Of a stretch of 64,000 bases of DNA, positions 61,677 through 64,000 are shown piece after piece; the stretch's first letter is position 1; the number at the start of each line of letters is the position of its first letter. Source of the DNA: a virus. Taxonomy: Duplodnaviria > Caudoviricetes. The position numbers were made by a program, and so were the translations under genes. Below the pieces are notes generated by a model, which was given only the letters and a program-made list of their open reading frames with translations, did not search any database and was not told where the DNA came from. The stretch lies in the IMG/VR virus record IMGVR_UViG_3300037722_000240, positions 1 through 64,000 of that record. The stretch is one strand, 5' to 3'.

Positions 61677-62729
61677 ATGGCAAAGAAAGAATATAAAAGT
61701 TTTGATGAAATGGTTATAGAAGAGTTTGGTGAGGATTTTTTATTGAAAGATGAAAGTGAAGAAGTTTTATCTATTTCTACAGGTGCCTTGTCTATTGATG
61801 TATCCACAGGTATAGGGGGAATTCCTTTGGGAAGAGTTACTGAAATATTTGGACCTGAGTCTGGAGGTAAGACAACTCTTTCTTTAGGTATAGTTAAGAA
61901 CGCTATGAAGCAAGGATTAAATTGTTTATATGTGGATACAGAAAATAGTTTGGATTTAGCATACGTTAGGGATATTTTGGGAGAAAATTATGATGAAAGC
62001 CTACTTACTATAGTTCAACCTGAATCAGCAGAAAGCGCCTTTAAGTTAACCGAGGCCGGCATTAATAGTGGTTTTAGAGTTATAGTTTTTGATTCTATAG
62101 CATCATTATCCCCCGACGAGGAGTTGGAAAAACCCTTTGACAAAGCAACAATGATGCTGTCTCCTAGATTGATTTCTAAATTTCTTAGAAGAAATATATT
62201 CTCTATCAATAAAAAGAAAATAGTTTTTATTTTTACTAACCAAGTAAGAGCAAAAATAGGGGATTTTTTTGGGGGCTATACCACTCCGGGGGGTCACGCA
62301 TTAAGACATTATATATCCCTAAAAATTTATATTTCAAAAGGTAAAGCTATTAAAGACGGTACAGCAAAAGATGCGGAACAGATTGGAAACTTTGTAAATT
62401 TTACTATTCAGAAGAATAAAGTTGGAAAACCCTATAGACAGGCTACTACAAATCTATACTATGGAAAGGGCATTGATTTTGAGGTAGATGTAATATCGTT
62501 TGGTTCTTTACTAGGGGTTATTAAGAACAGGGGCTCCTATTTCGGGTTTGAGGATGATACTATTGGTTCCAGCCCCGGTATTCTGAATACGGCCCAGTAT
62601 CTAAAAGAAAACCCTGAACTACTTGACAGAATAGTAGATTTGTGCTATAATGTAGTAGATTCGGAAAGGAACCACTTTATTTCAAAGGAGGCGGTTGCCA
62701 ATGACGACGGTGATGTTGAAGAAAGATAA
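61677..62729 (+). CDS. recA: RecA recombinase (phage UvsX/RecA)
   Basis: GGIP.GRVTEIFGPESGGKTT, VFDSIA, FTNQVR.KIG, TTPGG.AL. Confidence 0.95.
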   Translation: MAKKEYKSFDEMVIEEFGEDFLLKDESEEVLSISTGALSIDVSTGIGGIPLGRVTEIFGPESGGKTTLSLGIVKNAMKQGLNCLYVDTENSLDLAYVRDILGENYDESLLTIVQPESAESAFKLTEAGINSGFRVIVFDSIASLSPDEELEKPFDKATMMLSPRLISKFLRRNIFSINKKKIVFIFTNQVRAKIGDFFGGYTTPGGHALRHYISLKIYISKGKAIKDGTAKDAEQIGNFVNFTIQKNKVGKPYRQATTNLYYGKGIDFEVDVISFGSLLGVIKNRGSYFGFEDDTIGSSPGILNTAQYLKENPELLDRIVDLCYNVVDSERNHFISKEAVANDDGDVEER

Positions 62730-62955
62730 AGACATACCTAGTGTTATATTACAGGGGCATGGACTAAAAGAATTAGTTAATATTTTAGATGCTGATTCTT
62801 TGAACACTAAAGAGTTACTCGTTGATACTTTTAGATTTGTAATTAATTATTATGTTGGTACAGGTGTTGTATTAGAAAAGGATGATTACCTTATACGCCT
62901 GTTTATGCATTTATTATACCACTATGGAAAAGAGGAGGGCTGGCTAAATGAGTAA
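62695..62955 (+). CDS. hypothetical protein
   Basis: AAGGAGG RBS; overlaps the recA end. Confidence 0.65.
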   Translation: MPMTTVMLKKDKDIPSVILQGHGLKELVNILDADSLNTKELLVDTFRFVINYYVGTGVVLEKDDYLIRLFMHLLYHYGKEEGWLNE

Positions 62956-63265
62956 AGAGGATGCGGTAGGCGGGGTTCTTAACAGAACTAGCGCAATTAG
63001 TAGAACATATTCTTTAGGGGATTTCAAAAATATAAAGGTATTTGATAATATTGTTAATATTCCAGAGGATTTGGCATTAGACCCTATAGCTATAGAAAGT
63101 ATTCAATTACATCAGCTTATTACTATAGAAATTGCTTATAGAAATTATTTAACATTGATTAAAGAAATTCCTTATGATATGGATAGTGATGAAGCACTTC
63201 AGGCCTTAGATGATATGCAGAAGGCCACTATAAATACGCTAAATGAGCGACTAAATAGGAGATAA
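62948..63265 (+). CDS. hypothetical protein
   Basis: GAGGAG RBS; coupled. Confidence 0.7.
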   Translation: MSKEDAVGGVLNRTSAISRTYSLGDFKNIKVFDNIVNIPEDLALDPIAIESIQLHQLITIEIAYRNYLTLIKEIPYDMDSDEALQALDDMQKATINTLNERLNRR

Positions 63266-63267
63266 CC

Positions 63268-64000
63268 ATGAGCGCGTTTGCAGATATTCCAGAAAGCCAG
63301 AATGGAGAGGGCGGTGGGGGTTCGGAGTTTAGACAGATTTTTTATACCAAGATTATTCCCGGTGTAAATTCTCGTATAAGGATTTTAGATAGTAAGGCGG
63401 TTCATTTTCAGAAGTATTTTATTCCGAGCCAGAGAATTAGTATTATTGCTCCAGAAGATGAGGAACAAGACCCTATTTGGCAAAATAACGGTAGATTATT
63501 GAAAGAAAATCCTAATAGTAAGCCTAATGAGATTAAGGGTTTTATTCCTAGACAAAATCGTTATGTTGTGAATGTACTTAATAGAACATTAGTCAAAAGA
63601 ACTCCTGCGGGAAACATTGTATTTCCGGGTGTTTCGGGCTTTCCTACACACGACCCAGAAACAGGAGAATTAATTGCAAATATTGAACCTACTCCTCTAA
63701 ATAGAGTAGAAATTCTAGAAAGAGGTCCGACACTGTTTTCTCAGCTTAATCAAATTAATCAGCAAGTTTGTGATGATGCTGGAAATCCGTTAGGACTTAC
63801 TACATTTGATATTGTAATTTCTGCTACAGGGCAGGGCCGTAAGATGGTTACGAATGTTATTCCATATGCAAATCATAATGATGTTGTAGAGATATCACAA
63901 GAAGAATTGTATGATATTGAAAATGAAGTAGGAATTAGATTACAGCACGATGAGATTGTAAAGGTTCTCAATGGTGTATCTTTGAAAGATATCTTTGCCG
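63268..64000 (+). CDS. T4 gp32-like single-stranded DNA-binding protein (3' truncated by window end; not in ORF track)
   Basis: AGGAG RBS, ATG 63268, open to the window end: MSAFADIPES..RIRILD..HF..PRQNRYVVNVLNR..FDIVIS.TGQGRK; replication context. Confidence 0.6.
   Translation, partial: MSAFADIPESQNGEGGGGSEFRQIFYTKIIPGVNSRIRILDSKAVHFQKYFIPSQRISIIAPEDEEQDPIWQNNGRLLKENPNSKPNEIKGFIPRQNRYVVNVLNRTLVKRTPAGNIVFPGVSGFPTHDPETGELIANIEPTPLNRVEILERGPTLFSQLNQINQQVCDDAGNPLGLTTFDIVISATGQGRKMVTNVIPYANHNDVVEISQEELYDIENEVGIRLQHDEIVKVLNGVSLKDIFA

Noticed and set aside
1-64000. Stop-codon reassignment or integrated prophage boundaries
   Set aside because: Genes are intact and tightly coupled under the standard code; no host housekeeping genes, att site or integrase seen in this window

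Overview
The window is 64 kb of a large, AT-rich tailed-phage genome with a siphovirus-type tail (tape measure and tail tube, no sheath). No integrase, CRISPR array, rRNA or reverse transcriptase is visible. (1) 1-20.7 kb, + strand: a phiEco32-like amidoligase / glutamine-amidotransferase / ATP-grasp / COOH-NH2-ligase operon with an embedded RuvB homologue, then about 30 small ORFs, a tRNA(CAU) inside about 550 nt of densely base-paired non-coding sequence, and a pyrimidine-dimer-glycosylase-like gene. (2) 20.8-23.2 kb: a mostly non-coding convergence zone with a 49-bp tandem array, 12 GGTACC sites, clustered GAAC-N4-GTTC (LexA-like) boxes, a perfect 28-bp palindrome and inverted repeats around two GC-rich ORFs. 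(3) 23.3-59.0 kb, - strand: packaging, head, neck, tail and lysis genes. These include a glycosylation cassette next to terL, a GT4 gene among the head-tail genes, a -1 frameshift tail chaperone and a GC-rich two-lipoprotein insert. (4) 59.2-64 kb, + strand: family A DNA polymerase, RecA and a gp32-like SSB, read from one of two back-to-back consensus sigma70 promoters. A bipartite motif, TAATT-N14-GTTAC, recurs 11 times in non-coding DNA of the left arm. All product calls come from motifs read by eye; no database searches were run. A monoderm host, possibly Chloroflexota, is an inference.
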